A DNA stretch of 63,643 bases, counting the filler, from Octopus bimaculoides (lineage: Eukaryota), in assembly GCF_001194135.2 (NCBI RefSeq). It is 4 parts of 4 records of this genome, joined end to end, with 100 filler letters (N's around TTAATTAATTAA, not from the genome) between each part and the next. Parts side by side here need not be neighbours in the genome. Positions count along the whole stretch, not along the records: positions 1 to 14,846 come from NC_068992.1; 3 more parts are not named here. One strand, given 5' to 3'. Position 1 is the stretch's first letter. Every line of letters begins with the position of its first letter. The translations under genes were made by a program, and so were the position numbers. Under the pieces are notes generated by a model. That model saw only the letters and a list, made by a program, of their open reading frames with translations. It ran no database searches and was not told the origin of the DNA. Shown here in pieces: positions 1-11,975 of this stretch.

Positions 1-177
1 ACAAATATATATAACATACAGAAAATTGCACTACTGGGTACTGCACACATCCTACGCAAAACACTTTCAATACAGTAAACATAAGAGCACCACAGCAATC
101 CACAGCACATACCCAAGGCGCACAGAGCTGCGCTCGGTAGTGAAGTGAAAGCACGTTATAAAAATAAAACTATTGAA
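1..177 (+). mobile_element. 3' end of an R4/Dong-like (RLE) non-LTR retrotransposon
   Basis: Bases 1-78 translate to TNIYNIQKIALLGTAHILRKTLSIQ*, the QK.ALLGTA.ILRK C-terminus typical of these elements. A short 3' UTR and an (AAT)n tail follow. Confidence 0.8.
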
Positions 178-178
178 C

Positions 179-210
<32 letters not shown>

Positions 211-217
211 CAACAAC

Positions 218-293
<76 letters not shown>
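178..293 (+). repeat. (AAT)n/(AAC)n microsatellite; tail of the upstream LINE and target of the next
   Basis: Read directly from the sequence. Confidence 0.97.
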
Positions 294-295
<2 letters not shown>

Positions 296-1935
296 GATAC
301 ACTTTCCTGACACAGGGAGAAATACTACAAAGAGAATAAAAAGGTTTACGAAGTGTTCTCAGGCTACCAAGGATCACCCGGCCATCGAGAAAAGAGTTTG
401 GGGGCCATTGTAAAAGCATCATACAAACAGGTGTATGGCTACAATTGACTTTAAGAAGGCATATGATACGATGCCTCATGCTTGGATCTTTGAAAGCCTG
501 CAGAAATTTCGTGTTGCTGACAACATCGCAAATTTTCTGATGCATAGCATGAAAGAGTCGAAAACCAAATTGTACACAAGTAATGTATTCCTTGGAAAAG
601 TTGATATTAAAAGGGGAATCTTCCAACGTGACTCATTTCCCCGTTACTTTTTGTAATTGCACTAATACCCATAACAATGACACTTAGGAAAGTTAAGATG
701 GGTTACCGATGTGGGGAGGAAGGCCCATCATTGAACCATCTTCTGTTTATGGATGACCTGAAATTGTTTGCAAAATCTGAAAAACAGATAGATTCTTTAA
801 CCAAACAGTCCAGAGGTTTGGTAGGGACATCGGTATGGAATTTGGGATTGCAAAATGCTCAGTACTTAATATGAAAGAAGGGAAGAAAGCAGCCAGCAGA
901 CTATTGCGGTTACCATCAGGACAGACCAAGCTAAACCCGACGGTAGCGGGTAGAAATATTTAGGGATTTTGGAGCTGGATGACATTCTACCCAGCTCCAG
1001 CGCGAAAGATATGGGTCTAAATGCAGATAAAATGATGGGCAAGGAAGAGTTTAACCAAAGAGCTGAGGAGAAGAGAAAAGAAGAATTTCTTGAAACGAAG
1101 ACCTTCTTTGTAGAAGGTCATGGACAGTTTGGAAGGAATACACAAGACATTAAGAATAATACAGCATCGTGGGCATGGCTTGAGCGAGGTGTTTTGAAGC
1201 GTACCACCGAAAGCCTGATCATTGCCGCACAAAACCAGGCTCTCGCTACCATATCAGTGAAGTATAACATCTATAAAACTTCTGACACCCAGAAATGGAG
1301 ACTCTGTGGAAAGAGTGTGGAAAATGTAACCTACTCAGTAAGTGGATGGGAGAGCCTTGCACAAAAAGAATACAAGAGCCGCCACGATAAAATGTGTGTA
1401 TATCTTCATTGGCCCTTATGCCGTAAATACCAATATGAGGTAACAGAAAATTGATATGAGCTTGTATCAAGTAAAGATATGCAGGAGGATAGAAAAGTAA
1501 CGAGACCCCGGGACTATGATTTTCAGATGGATCGTGTAATCGAGCACCGTCGGCCGGATATTGTCATATTGAATAAGAGGGACAAATGTTGTCAGTTCAT
1601 TGATGTGACCATACGAAATGACATGAATTTTGTGAGTAAAGAGGTAGAACAAAATCACTCCGAACTGAAAGTGGAAATGGCAAGATTGTATGGAATGCGA
1701 GAGGGTAATGTAAAAGTGACGCCAGTGGTGATTGGAGAGTTGGGCTCAATACCACTGAAACTTCAAAACTTCTTAAGGCAACTGGAAATCCCATACAAGA
1801 TTGATGTCTTGCAAAAAGTAGCCTTATTGGGCGCAGCGCACACCTTAAGGAAAGGATTATTTTTCTGAGGTCCTTGTTATGACTTGACAGAAGACTAAAG
1901 AATCCGATGCATTTTACCTACATTGTATTACGAAG
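294..1935 (+). pseudogene. 5'-truncated, frameshifted R4/Dong-like LINE (RT, zinc knuckle, RLE endonuclease)
   Basis: RT motifs IDFKKAYDTMPH, RGIFQRDS and LNHLLFMDDLKLFAK; decayed knuckle KWRLCGKSVENVTY; RHD motif; RLE RPDIVI...IDVT; C-terminus QKVALLGAAHTLRK; (AAC)/(AAT) tail from about 1936. Confidence 0.9.
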
Positions 1936-1972
1936 GAACAACAACAACAATAACAACAACAACAACAACAAC

Positions 1973-2026
<54 letters not shown>

Positions 2027-2035
2027 TAATAATAA
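1936..2035 (+). repeat. (AAC)n(AAT)n microsatellite
   Basis: Read directly from the sequence. Confidence 0.97.
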
Positions 2036-2367
2036 ATCCCTGATGCAGTACCAGATGCTGACTCTTATGGCTTCTGATCTTAACTGACAGGAAATGCTAC
2101 CATGTCCATTGTTTTGTCTTGGTATAAAGATGATCTACAGCAAATATTCTGCTCAATACCACAGATTTGCTTGCCAGTTGTTTGACCTTACCTAGTTTGA
2201 GTATGTCCCTTAGTGGCTGACGATGTGTGCACCTCTGATCGCGAACAGAAGTAGTGGAGGAACATCATAGCTATATGCTGAAAGGAATTCTTTGGAGTTT
2301 GAATAATTCACTTCTGGAATAATGGGTGTTTTGTTCAACATCTTTAAACAACCCTTATTCAGGGACC
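2036..2367 (-). mobile_element. Interspersed retroposon 3' fragment ending in (ATT)n (family not assigned)
   Basis: Non-coding segment between two microsatellites; on the minus strand it runs into an ATT tail. It resembles a recurrent octopus repeat as I remember it. Confidence 0.4.
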
Positions 2368-2424
2368 AAGAAGAAGAAGAAGAAGAAGAAGAAGAAGAAG
2401 AAGAAGAAGAAGAAGAAGAAGAAG

Positions 2425-2456
<32 letters not shown>

Positions 2457-2469
2457 GAGGAAGAAGAAT
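2368..2469 (+). repeat. (GAA)n microsatellite
   Basis: Read directly from the sequence. Confidence 0.97.
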
Positions 2470-3442
2470 ATTGTGTTGACAAGTACTGTCTACATCCTTA
2501 GAAAAACCCTATCCATTTAGATGTCTGTGTTGTATTACATGAACATATTTCACTAACTCCCGTCCCTAAGCTTTCAGTCATACTGTAACATCTCTTATCC
2601 TTCACTAGCTCCATGACGCTGCTTTTGTCTCGGCAAGTGACTGTAACAAAGATGCAGATTAAAATTAAATAATAATAATACATACATATATATATACATA
2701 TATATATNNNNNNNNNNNNNNNNNNNNNNNNNNNNNNNNNNNNNNNNNNNNNNNNNNNNNNNNNNNNNNNNNNNNNNNNNNNNNNNNNNNNNNNNNNNNN
2801 NNNNNNNNNNNNNNNNNNNNNNNNNNNNNNNNNNNNNNNNNNNNNNNNNNNNNNNNNNNNNNNNNNNNNNNNNNNNNNNNNNNNNNNNNNNNNNNATATA
2901 TGCCAGCAAATGCATCCGTCCTTTGGACGGTGTAATTTATTATAATGGTGTCCTCCTGTGTTTGGTTTAAGTTGAACTAGCCCGCAGTTAGAAGTCGTTT
3001 CAAGTTGATACGCGTAAAGTGTATAATTACCACTTTCGCTTGCAGTTTATGATATAGTACTAAGCAACTTTAGTAATGAATAAATTGTTTTGAACACAAA
3101 TTTGGCAGTGAGTAATAAATGAATGTCTATATAATGAAATCGTAATGGCAGTAGTCACTATGGATCCTATATCTTACTTGAAGCGTTTAGTATAATGTAC
3201 TTATTTTTCTCGTAATTTTTGACACAACCGCATTGAGGCTTTTTTTCAATAAAAGTCATGTATGATAAAGAAAAGATAACACAGAAATAAAATAATGGCA
3301 TGTACAAAAATAAATGTCAAAGCATGCTTTTGAGAGGACAGCGTGCGTGAAGTAAAAAGAGTCATTAAAGGTAATGTACTGTTAAGAGCAATCATTGAAA
3401 CGAAGCAAACTTTCAATAAAATGTTTGGAGGAATTCTGATTG

Positions 3443-6000
3443 CTAACGGCTACAGTTTGGCGTAGATGTGAAGAATGCAGTAGAGAAATAACCACTGTAT
3501 GGGTGTTTTGTAGACGACACTTTTTGCTTTTCCTTCAGGAGCATAGATGAATAAGTTGTTTGAACTCTGGTACAAGCGACGTACAACTGTCCATGTGAAA
3601 AGTACGACGTTCGAAGGTTCAATACGATAACTTTCAGCGACTGACCTTTCGCTTTGTTAATTGTCATGGCGAAGCTGAATTTGAGAGGGAACTGAAGTCT
3701 CTGCATAGGGTAGGGGCAGTCTGTTTGGGTTAGCAGAATTTTAAGAATGAAAACGGTTTCGTTTTTGCCGTGTCCCGTGATAATTTGTGCGTTTAGTGTA
3801 GGTGCGTTTAGATTGCGTAGGAGGATAAAAAGGTAACCGACGTTTAAATGGAATTCATGGGTAGGGAGTCCTGGAGGATCTTGAGAGTTGAGAAATTCTG
3901 TTGGAAAGTGTGTAACTAGGTCGAGGTTGGTAACGGGGTCAACTGATCTGTAACAACGTTCTTAAGAAGGTTGCTGACTGAGTAAGTCATAGTTAAGAGT
4001 GTTGACAGCTGCATTTGTAGGTGCAAGAACAGCTCTGTCGCAAAGCCAATCTTGGTTCTATGTATTCCGTTGTAAGATTTGGGTAAACGGCAGAACATAA
4101 GTCATCAGGGCTGGAGACGGTGTGGCCAATGGTGGTAGTGTCAATGTATCCGTTGTCGTCGGACGTAGTTTGTCCATTGCCGATTTTAAGGAGCATTTCC
4201 GAAAACTGGGTTGTAGCCTGACCAGTCTGTAGAAGTGATCTCATGTTGATGGTAAATTGTTTCTGTTGGACATACAACCAAAGGAGGGATGTTTTAAGGC
4301 GGCATTAAGTTCATCAGTTCCTTTGGATATAATAGACAGAGTTTGTCCAAAATCTCCTTCAAGAAGTAGAGTCGCACCCCCAAGACTGTTGTTGTTTGAT
4401 GTAACGTCTCACATTATGGTGTCAAGTGATTGTGGGGAATATTTATGGGACATAGTTTCTTCATCCCAAACAATGAGTTAGCACTTTTTCAAAATTGTCG
4501 CTTCTCTTAGGAAGGCATTATGTTGCACGTTGGGTTTTAGGTTTTCTTGGTGTTGCTCGTCCGCCATCGAGAAGAGACGCGGCTATTCCTGAAGAGGCAA
4601 CGGCAATAGCAAGGTCACCATTATGCCGCAACTTCTCAAGAAGATTCAGTAGGAATGTTTTTCCAGTTCCACCGGGTGCGTCTAAGAAGATGATTCCGCT
4701 AGTGTGTGTGTAGATGTTTCCGAGGACAAATTGTATACTTCAGCTTGATCGGAATTCAGAAGGGTCGCGTTGTCAGGACTGTGCTGTTTGAGTTTGTGAA
4801 TGTTGTAGGATGTTTCTCTAAGAATAAGGCGATTGGGACAGGGGTCTTCATTTCTGTCTGGAGTGTTGGGAGAATAAGTGTCTAATCGTTGACCTCCAAT
4901 TGCCTTAACCAAGTCTTCCAAGAGGAGAAGCCCTCTGTTGTAAATGGCAGGAGTAGTGAGAGCGTCAACGTTACCTGTGGTTTGACGAGCCTGCAGCAAA
5001 ATGTCATGGCACATTGTGCCTTTGTATTTATTCCAAAGTGAATGAGCGTCCGTCAGGTTGCAGAACAGCAGCGTTACTGAAAAAGTGTCGAAGCTTGTGC
5101 GGAGAACGTCACAGAGAGGCATCTTCGAGTGCATTATCATATTGATCCTCTGTATCCAAAAGTCCCCGTGTAGAGTAGGCATCTTTGAAAGTCCTGCACA
5201 AGTGACCATCCACTGAGCGAAGGTCGTCGAAGGAGGTTGGTCCCTTAATGACATGAAGTAACAGCCATAGATGGAAGTATTCGGAGTTCAAGGGGTGAAC
5301 TGTGCATACACGTCCGACTGTGTCGCCTTTGTACTCGGCTGGATTTAACTGCGTAGGCCGGCCTTATTTTCGTTGTTGCCACGAGGAAGATGTATAATAA
5401 TGTGGTGCATGACAGTATAAAATAGAATTTTGCGAAGGGATCGTCTTTGCATAGGTGAAAAAAGCCGTGAGAGTGGTCTTCGGCGGGGCAGCTGTGAAGT
5501 AAATTTGCTACCTATTTTCCAAATGAACGTTGAGATGAATCATAGAAGGGTATCATTTGCGAACTGGGAATCCTAAGGCTCTTCATATGGCTTCATTCGT
5601 GAATATGTAGCGTCCAGTTTCGAAAAGAGTCACTTCCTCATTTGTAAAATCTGTTGATCGTGTAGATTTTATTTGAAAAACAGCTCTGTCCGATCCTTTG
5701 CATACGTAACGTATGAATTTGAGAGAATTACAGACTTCTACGTTGATATGTGCATGAAATGTTTTGCAGAGCATCTTGTTGTAGGATACGATCCACCGAT
5801 TGTCAGCCAAAATAGTGTAGTGAGGGATACAAATGTAAGGGAGATAATCAATTTCAGAATCTTGCTTTGCACAATAGTCACCGTTCACAAGAAATGGAGT
5901 TTTTCTGACACTTTCTGATACCAGAAGTCCCATTACCCCATCTTACCCCATAAGCGAAAATTCTAAAGATTGTAGAGCCATCTGTGGAGCATAAGTGATG
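3443..6000 (-). pseudogene. Decayed Helitron Rep/helicase gene
   Basis: Rep end DNRWIVSYN..HINVEVCNS..YVCKGSDRA; linker TTLTAFF..LC..D.FA and KGPTSFDDLRSVDG; Walker A IFLDAPGGTGKT (about 4660-4700); AVASSGIAASLL; GDFGQTL; PIF1-type end RLQFPLKFSFAMTINKAKGQSL..FSHGQLYVACTRV. Many stops and frameshifts. Confidence 0.93.
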
Positions 6001-6194
6001 TATGTGCAAAGCGTGAATGAAATCGATTGAAAAATATTGATTTTAAGTGGGATCAAGTAAATGAACTGTCACATGTATACACAAGCACACACCGTTATAT
6101 ATATATATATATNNNNNNNNNNNNNNNNNNNNNNNNNNNNNNNNNNNNNNNNNNNNNNNNNNNNNNNNNNNNNNNNNNNNNNNNNNATATATAT

Positions 6195-6390
6195 ACATAT
6201 ATATATATATATATTGGACATGGGCGATCGTTGTATTCTTTCTTGTCTTAAGGTTCACGGCTAAACGGCTGGGGGGATTCGCGTGAAAAATGACACACAT
6301 GTGGAGACGGGTGCATAAATAGGAATGTGATTTGTATTTTTTCCTAGCCCTATAGTTACGGAGAAACTCGATTAAAACTTTTCCTAATGG
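6195..6390 (+). repeat. Dispersed repeat, homologous in inverted orientation to about 31600-31770
   Basis: atattggacatgggcgat...ggttcacggctaaacggc matches the reverse complement of 31680-31760, which lies next to a PLE. Confidence 0.6.
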
Positions 6391-7230
6391 AACAAGGGGA
6401 GTAAAGGATGCAGTCAGCCAAAGCTACACATACATACATACATACCTGCATACATACATACATACATACATACATACATACATACATACATAACTTCTCT
6501 CTCCTTTTCTCTGTCAATGACTCACACATTCACTCACCACAATAAGTGAATAACAAAATTTCAGTTATCTCTCCTTTTTCTTTCTCTCCCCCACTCTCAC
6601 ATACACACCACACATACTGTCTCGCACACCCCCATCAAACACACACACACTCTCTCTCTCACACACACACTCTCTCTCTCACACACACACACGCACGCAC
6701 GCACATAAATTCTCCCGCTTCATGCCGACTTCAAAAGAATTTCACTCATACAATTGCACTGTCTCTGTCTCTTTCGCTTTCACACCGACTTCAAAAGATC
6801 CCCTTTCTACCTAACCCCATGTTGAAAAGTAAAAATGCTTACGGAAACCGCCGATCATCTTCAAACATGTAAATAAGCACACGTGGTTTATAAGTGGTTT
6901 GTAACTAACAGTCGTGTGTTCCTATACCGAAAGATCGCCCAATGTATTAACGATTAGACAGAGGTCCAATAGAATACGTACAAATTCGTTCTTCAAAACT
7001 TCTGAAGATATTTTCTGACAAGGTGGGGTCAGGATATTTTCATACAGCTGGAGGCTCTAATCGAAACAGAAGACCGAAATGATAAGGTTGAGAAACCCTG
7101 TTATAGATTATGCCTAACCGAAAATGATCACAGCCACATCATCCAAACAGACTGGGTGAGACTGGGCTTAGCTGCTGGTATATATATATATATGTGTGCG
7201 TGTGTGTGTGTGTGTGTGTGNNNNNNNNNN

Positions 7231-7269
<39 letters not shown>

Positions 7270-7277
<8 letters not shown>

Positions 7278-7550
7278 TTCAGAACGAGATAAGAACCAAG
7301 GCTGTGAACATGTTTAGAACATTTATAAATACCTGTACGACCTTCTATTTATAAACGTTGCAAAATCTTCACAGCCTTGATTTTTTGTCTCATTCTGAAA
7401 AAAAAATTATATATACATATGCTGATGACCTACGTTGGACTCCTTATTCGCATAATCGCAGAACCTGTCAATCCATAGCACTTACTCAGCATTACCAGAC
7501 ACCATTGGATCTTATTGACACCATTACCTCTTATAACCTCTCTCTATATA
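7270..7550 (+). repeat. Dispersed repeat, second copy at about 53890-54250 on the minus strand
   Basis: cttactcagcattacc..acacc...tcttattgacaccattacctct.ataacctct matches the reverse complement of 53890-53965. Confidence 0.6.
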
Positions 7551-7754
7551 TATATGTATTGGTGGATTTTCTTGTAAACGAAGATGAAGGTACCGCAATC
7601 TCACGTAACAGCCTGCACAGACGAATTGTTTAGTGTGATCGAGTATTTGTGGTGTACATTTCCTCAGTCGCTTCATCGGATAGTCATTGCCTGTAAGGTG
7701 CACAGGATGTCACAAGTCAAGTGTCAAAGCGATCACAAAACATGAAATGAAATA

Positions 7755-8069
7755 CAGTTCTATATTTAAGAGATGAGGATTTATGTACATTATTTACATT
7801 TGACGGATATTTGTTCTCATCTTGGCGTAGTGGTTAAGAGCGCGGGCTACTAACCCCAAGATTCCGAGTTCGATTTCAGGCAGTGAAAAAAAAAATAATA
7901 ATAATGATAATAATAATAATAAAAATAGCACCGAAAAATACCTTTGGATTTAGAACCCAGGTTCGAAATTTGCCCAAGACACCTAATGAAGGCTGGAGGG
8001 TATATCAGCCGAAACGTTGTGTTCACAATAAACAAGATGAGGACAAATATCCATCAAAGGTAAATAATG
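7755..8069 (+). mobile_element. ORF-less PLE-derived unit: inverted 3' end + tRNA-like head + (AAT)n + hammerhead
   Basis: 7755-7824 is the reverse complement of the family 3' end (matches 8031-8069). A box TGGCGTAGTGG at 7823-7833, B box GAGTTCGATTTC at 7866-7877, HHR at 7978-8023. Homologous to 15765-15990 and 46710-46933. Confidence 0.8.
7978..8023 (+). ncRNA. Minimal type I hammerhead ribozyme motif, G5A-mutated
   Basis: Stem I GACAC/GTGTT; core CTAATGA (intact CTGATGA in the homologue at 15818-15824); stem II GGCTG/CAGCC; GAA; palindrome ACGT; cleavage triplet GUU. Confidence 0.75.
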
Positions 8070-8146
8070 AACTGAAATGTTATGCTCAAGAACACACAGC
8101 CAGTTTCTGGAATCGAGCAACATCCTAACCACTAGTGTACGACCTA

Positions 8147-8177
<31 letters not shown>

Positions 8178-10154
8178 AGCGTGTGTGCATGTATGCGTGT
8201 GTGTATTGGTGTCTGTACATGTGTATACGAGATATAGATGAATAGAATTAAAGAGAGGAAAATGCACAATCTACCCTTTTGCATTGTAATAAATTAAATT
8301 AATCCATACATTGCTTCAGGGCATGTTATTACATACACCTCTCATTTTTATGGTAATGTCTACTTATGTTTTTTGCTATTTTTTCGTCATTTTAGCATAA
8401 AATCTCTCGACCAGAAATAACTTCATTTGTGGACCCTCTAGCTAACGAAGGAGGTGTTGTAATAGACGTTATTAACCTCTGCTTATAATCACGTTAGGTA
8501 ACAAAGAACGTAACACTATGTACATCGATATTTAGGCAAAGCTGACTAAACAAAATTGAATGATTTAATCATTTGCATATTTTGACCGATGGGTTTAATA
8601 TAATGTTTTACAACATCGATTAATAGTGTCTTTCATGATTTTAGTCGTTGGTTTTGCCTTTTGTTAGCTTATAATTTTCTTGAATACTTCTTGGTTTTTG
8701 GATCTCTTTTTTGGAGAGCTAAAGTTTTGTTTATAATATTGAAATCTTCTGTTGAGGAAAGTGAATGAGGAGCAGAACCAGAAATAGACACTATATACAT
8801 TGGTAAACATAGATAGTGCATTCTTCACATATATCATTTGCTCTACAAGACAATTGTGTATCAGTGAGTATTGCAAGATCATGTATGAAAATCCACTATG
8901 GAGGAGATTATATATAAACATAGGAACTCAATCTATAATATCCACCTCCATAAATACAATACATTATAGACTAATGAACTTTATTTATTTGTTTGTTTAT
9001 TTATCTATTTATTTATTTATATATTTATTTATTTATTAGAAAGTTGATCGATCCAGTTACAAATCGTGCTTCGGAGCAAATAATGTGCCTGAGAACAGTA
9101 GATCATTACATTGATTCGAACAGCCACTTCACATTTTGACTAATTTCCGAGGAGACTGAAAATAACAACTTAAAATAATATTTTGTGGATTTTAATATCA
9201 ACATTCTATATTGGTATTATGGATTGAATCGAATTACGTCAACAATGATTGTCATTTTCACAATACATGCATATGTCTGGAATAAGTTATTCGTACATAT
9301 ATTATTTTCCTCCTTTGCGCATAGTAAACAATTAAATGGTAAATATTGCATTTTTACTTACAAGCTTGGCTAGACGATGTAAAATTATTTTTAAATATCA
9401 ACAAATATAAAATTAACTCATTTTCATTTTCTTTTTCTTCATATCATTGATATACTTTGTTTCGTTCCCTGAGTTCGAAGGAGGGGAAATATTGGCAAAC
9501 TGTTTAGTTGTAGTATTTAGTTTCCTTGTGCACCAGTTAACATCTAGATATGTATCCTTGAATAACTTTTATGAATGAAAGACTCTAAAAGTATTGACAG
9601 AGGCGGTAAATAAATGTTCATTTGAGATGTTGACTCAAATGTGTTATCCATGAAACAAAGCGACAGTAATTATACAAATTTGCACTCAACAAATCAATTG
9701 ACAACACATCTATTATCAGTTTTCATTCCCCAACGCCCCCTACACAATTTCGCTATTCTTTTTACCGTCGTTGTTCTACTCCTCTTCCATATACTGTCGC
9801 CATGACATTCACTATTACTATTACTAAGCAAATGCTCATTTCTGCTTTTCATGTAGATTTTCTATATCGCTTTATAAGTATGACTTTGTTTCCCACGAGA
9901 AATTTACCTATTTTTCTCTACCTATCACTCTCTCCCTATCACTCTCTACCTATCACTCTCTCCCTCCCACTCTCCCTCTTAAAATATATGTATTCATAGA
10001 CACACATACATACAAACATGTATATCTATATGGATGCATATATATATATGTTTGCGTGTGCGTATGTATATAATTATTTACATTTATATATATAAACATA
10101 TGCAAGCACGCTTACACACACGAACACCCAAATATACATCCATATGTATAAATA

Positions 10155-10792
10155 TATAAATATACAGGGATTAGCAATTGAGTTGCTTCTCCAACATACT
10201 GAAAATCTAGAAATAGCAGTCAAAGAACTACTGATTCTAAACTACAAATTTTTCTCTAAAGTGGATGGCGATATTTATGGCACACATAGAACAAAAAACC
10301 GGAGGGAAAAGCGTAAACAAACCAAGCCTTTAGTTAATTGGATACGAATCGTTTCATGGTTAAGTGAATGGAAATTTCACTATTCCAATCTTCAGCCTCA
10401 ATATTCTGATAAATTTGAAAGTGTCTCTAAAAAAATTCACGGTAATTTTTGGCCATGCGACACCAAANNNNNNNNNNNNNNNNNNNNNNNNNNNNNNNNN
10501 NNNNNNNNNNNNNNNNNNNNNNNNNNNNNNNNNNNNNNNNNNNNNNNNNNNNNNNNNNNNNNNNNNGTGAAATTTCCATTCACTTAACCATGAAACGATT
10601 CGTATCCAATTAACTAAAGGCTTGGTTTGTTTACGCTTTTCCCTCCGGTTTTTTGTTCTATGTGTGCCATAAATATCGCCATCCACTTTAGAGAAAAATT
10701 TGTAGTTTAGAATCAGTAGTTCTTTGACTGCTATTTCTAGATTTTCAGTATGTTGGAGAAGCAACTCAATTGCTAATCCCTGTATATTTATA
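10155..10792. mobile_element. TIR element (MITE/foldback) with identical inverted arms of about 226 bp
   Basis: 10155-10380 is the reverse complement of 10567-10792 (the ORF track gives identical translations). Ends read TA-CAGGG...CCCTG-TA; the centre lies in an N gap. Confidence 0.7.
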
Positions 10793-10929
10793 ATGATAAA
10801 TAGTTTTACCGATAAAGGTTTTTTTTCATACAGAACTACTTGGCAGAATTGTTAATTATTAATTCTATTATTAATTGACGATTCTCTGCCCTTATTCTTG
10901 TATAAATATATATATAGGCAATGGTTTTT

Positions 10930-11425
10930 GTCAAGCAACGTCGATTTTGACAATTCTGTAAATAATGATAATAGTAGTTTATAAGCTTAAAAGCGATCAC
11001 CGTCCAATGATTAAAGAAAGTATTCTAATAATGGGGAATATAAGCCCTCGACGGAAAAAGTAGGTTTTCCTGTAACCGTGGTACTCGAACCCATATCTCT
11101 TTGTTTTCTCCACAAGCGTGCCAGTCATGTACACCATCGTACACACTTGCTTCTTTCAATCAGATTTAAAGACTATAATTGGTTATTAGTGTTGTTTTTG
11201 TAAACAGACTTTCATGTGCTTTTACTGCGTTGATTTTTGTTAAGCAGCATCGATTTTTACAATTCTGTTAATGATAATAGAAGTATTTTAAAAGCTTAAA
11301 GCTTATAAGCGATCATTGTGTAATGACTAAATAAAATAGTCTAATAATGGAGCATATAAGCCCTCGACGGAAAAAAAGTAGGTTTTCCCCGCTCGCGTGA
11401 GACACGAACTCACATCTCGATGCTG
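10930..11425 (-). repeat. Degenerate tandem duplication (period about 309 bp) of a tRNA-like unit
   Basis: Units start at about 10930 and 11239. The minus strand has an A-box-like TGGTGTACATGA (11125-11136), a B box GGGTTCGAGTAC (11081-11092) and then a T5 run. Confidence 0.6.
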
Positions 11426-11465
11426 TTTATTCTATATACACACTTTCTTTTTCTTTTACTGCATG

Positions 11466-11975
11466 CTAAATTTCTTTTAGTTTATGTATTTTCGGTAAGC
11501 CATAGACGGTGCTGGGTTTTGGCTCGAAATTGGTGATATAGTCTCTTCTATTATCGGTAAGTGAGTTGTGTTTTGAAACCAGGTTGTTGATCTTCGTTAT
11601 CACGTGGTGGTGTATATTTAAAGGTATGTCACTAGAGAAAGTTGTATCATTCCTTTGGCCCTCAACCTTATAGTATTCTGCACCCATAATAACAATTGCA
11701 CCCCTTTTATCTGCTTGTTTAATTATTATTGTTTGATCGTTTTCTATACGTTTAAATGCAGACATTTCGGATTTGTTAATGTTTGGCCTAACATTAGTAT
11801 TGCGTCTAAGGGGAAATTTTGACAAGATATCAATTTATTAGTCAACAGTTATTTCGTCTTTTTGGTGGGGTGAAATTTGATTTATTCTTTAGTAGGGATT
11901 CATAAATCACATTACTTTTATTAGTGAAGAAGTCTATAAGTCATAACTTACAACAGAATTTTTGGATATTCTCCT
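11466..11975 (-). pseudogene. Inverted N-terminal part of a Neptune-like PLE ORF
   Basis: KNKSNFTPPKRRN, IIIKQADKRGAIVIM and VYGLPKIHK are conserved motifs upstream of the PLE RT core. Confidence 0.85.

Noticed and set aside
6985-7075. CTGAAGA...GAAACAG as another hammerhead
   Set aside because: The palindrome and cleavage triplet are deleted and stem II does not pair; too decayed to call.
7823-7886. tRNA-like sequences as real tRNA genes
   Set aside because: No clean acceptor stem, an unusual ACT anticodon loop, and embedding in repeats; treated as retroposon heads.
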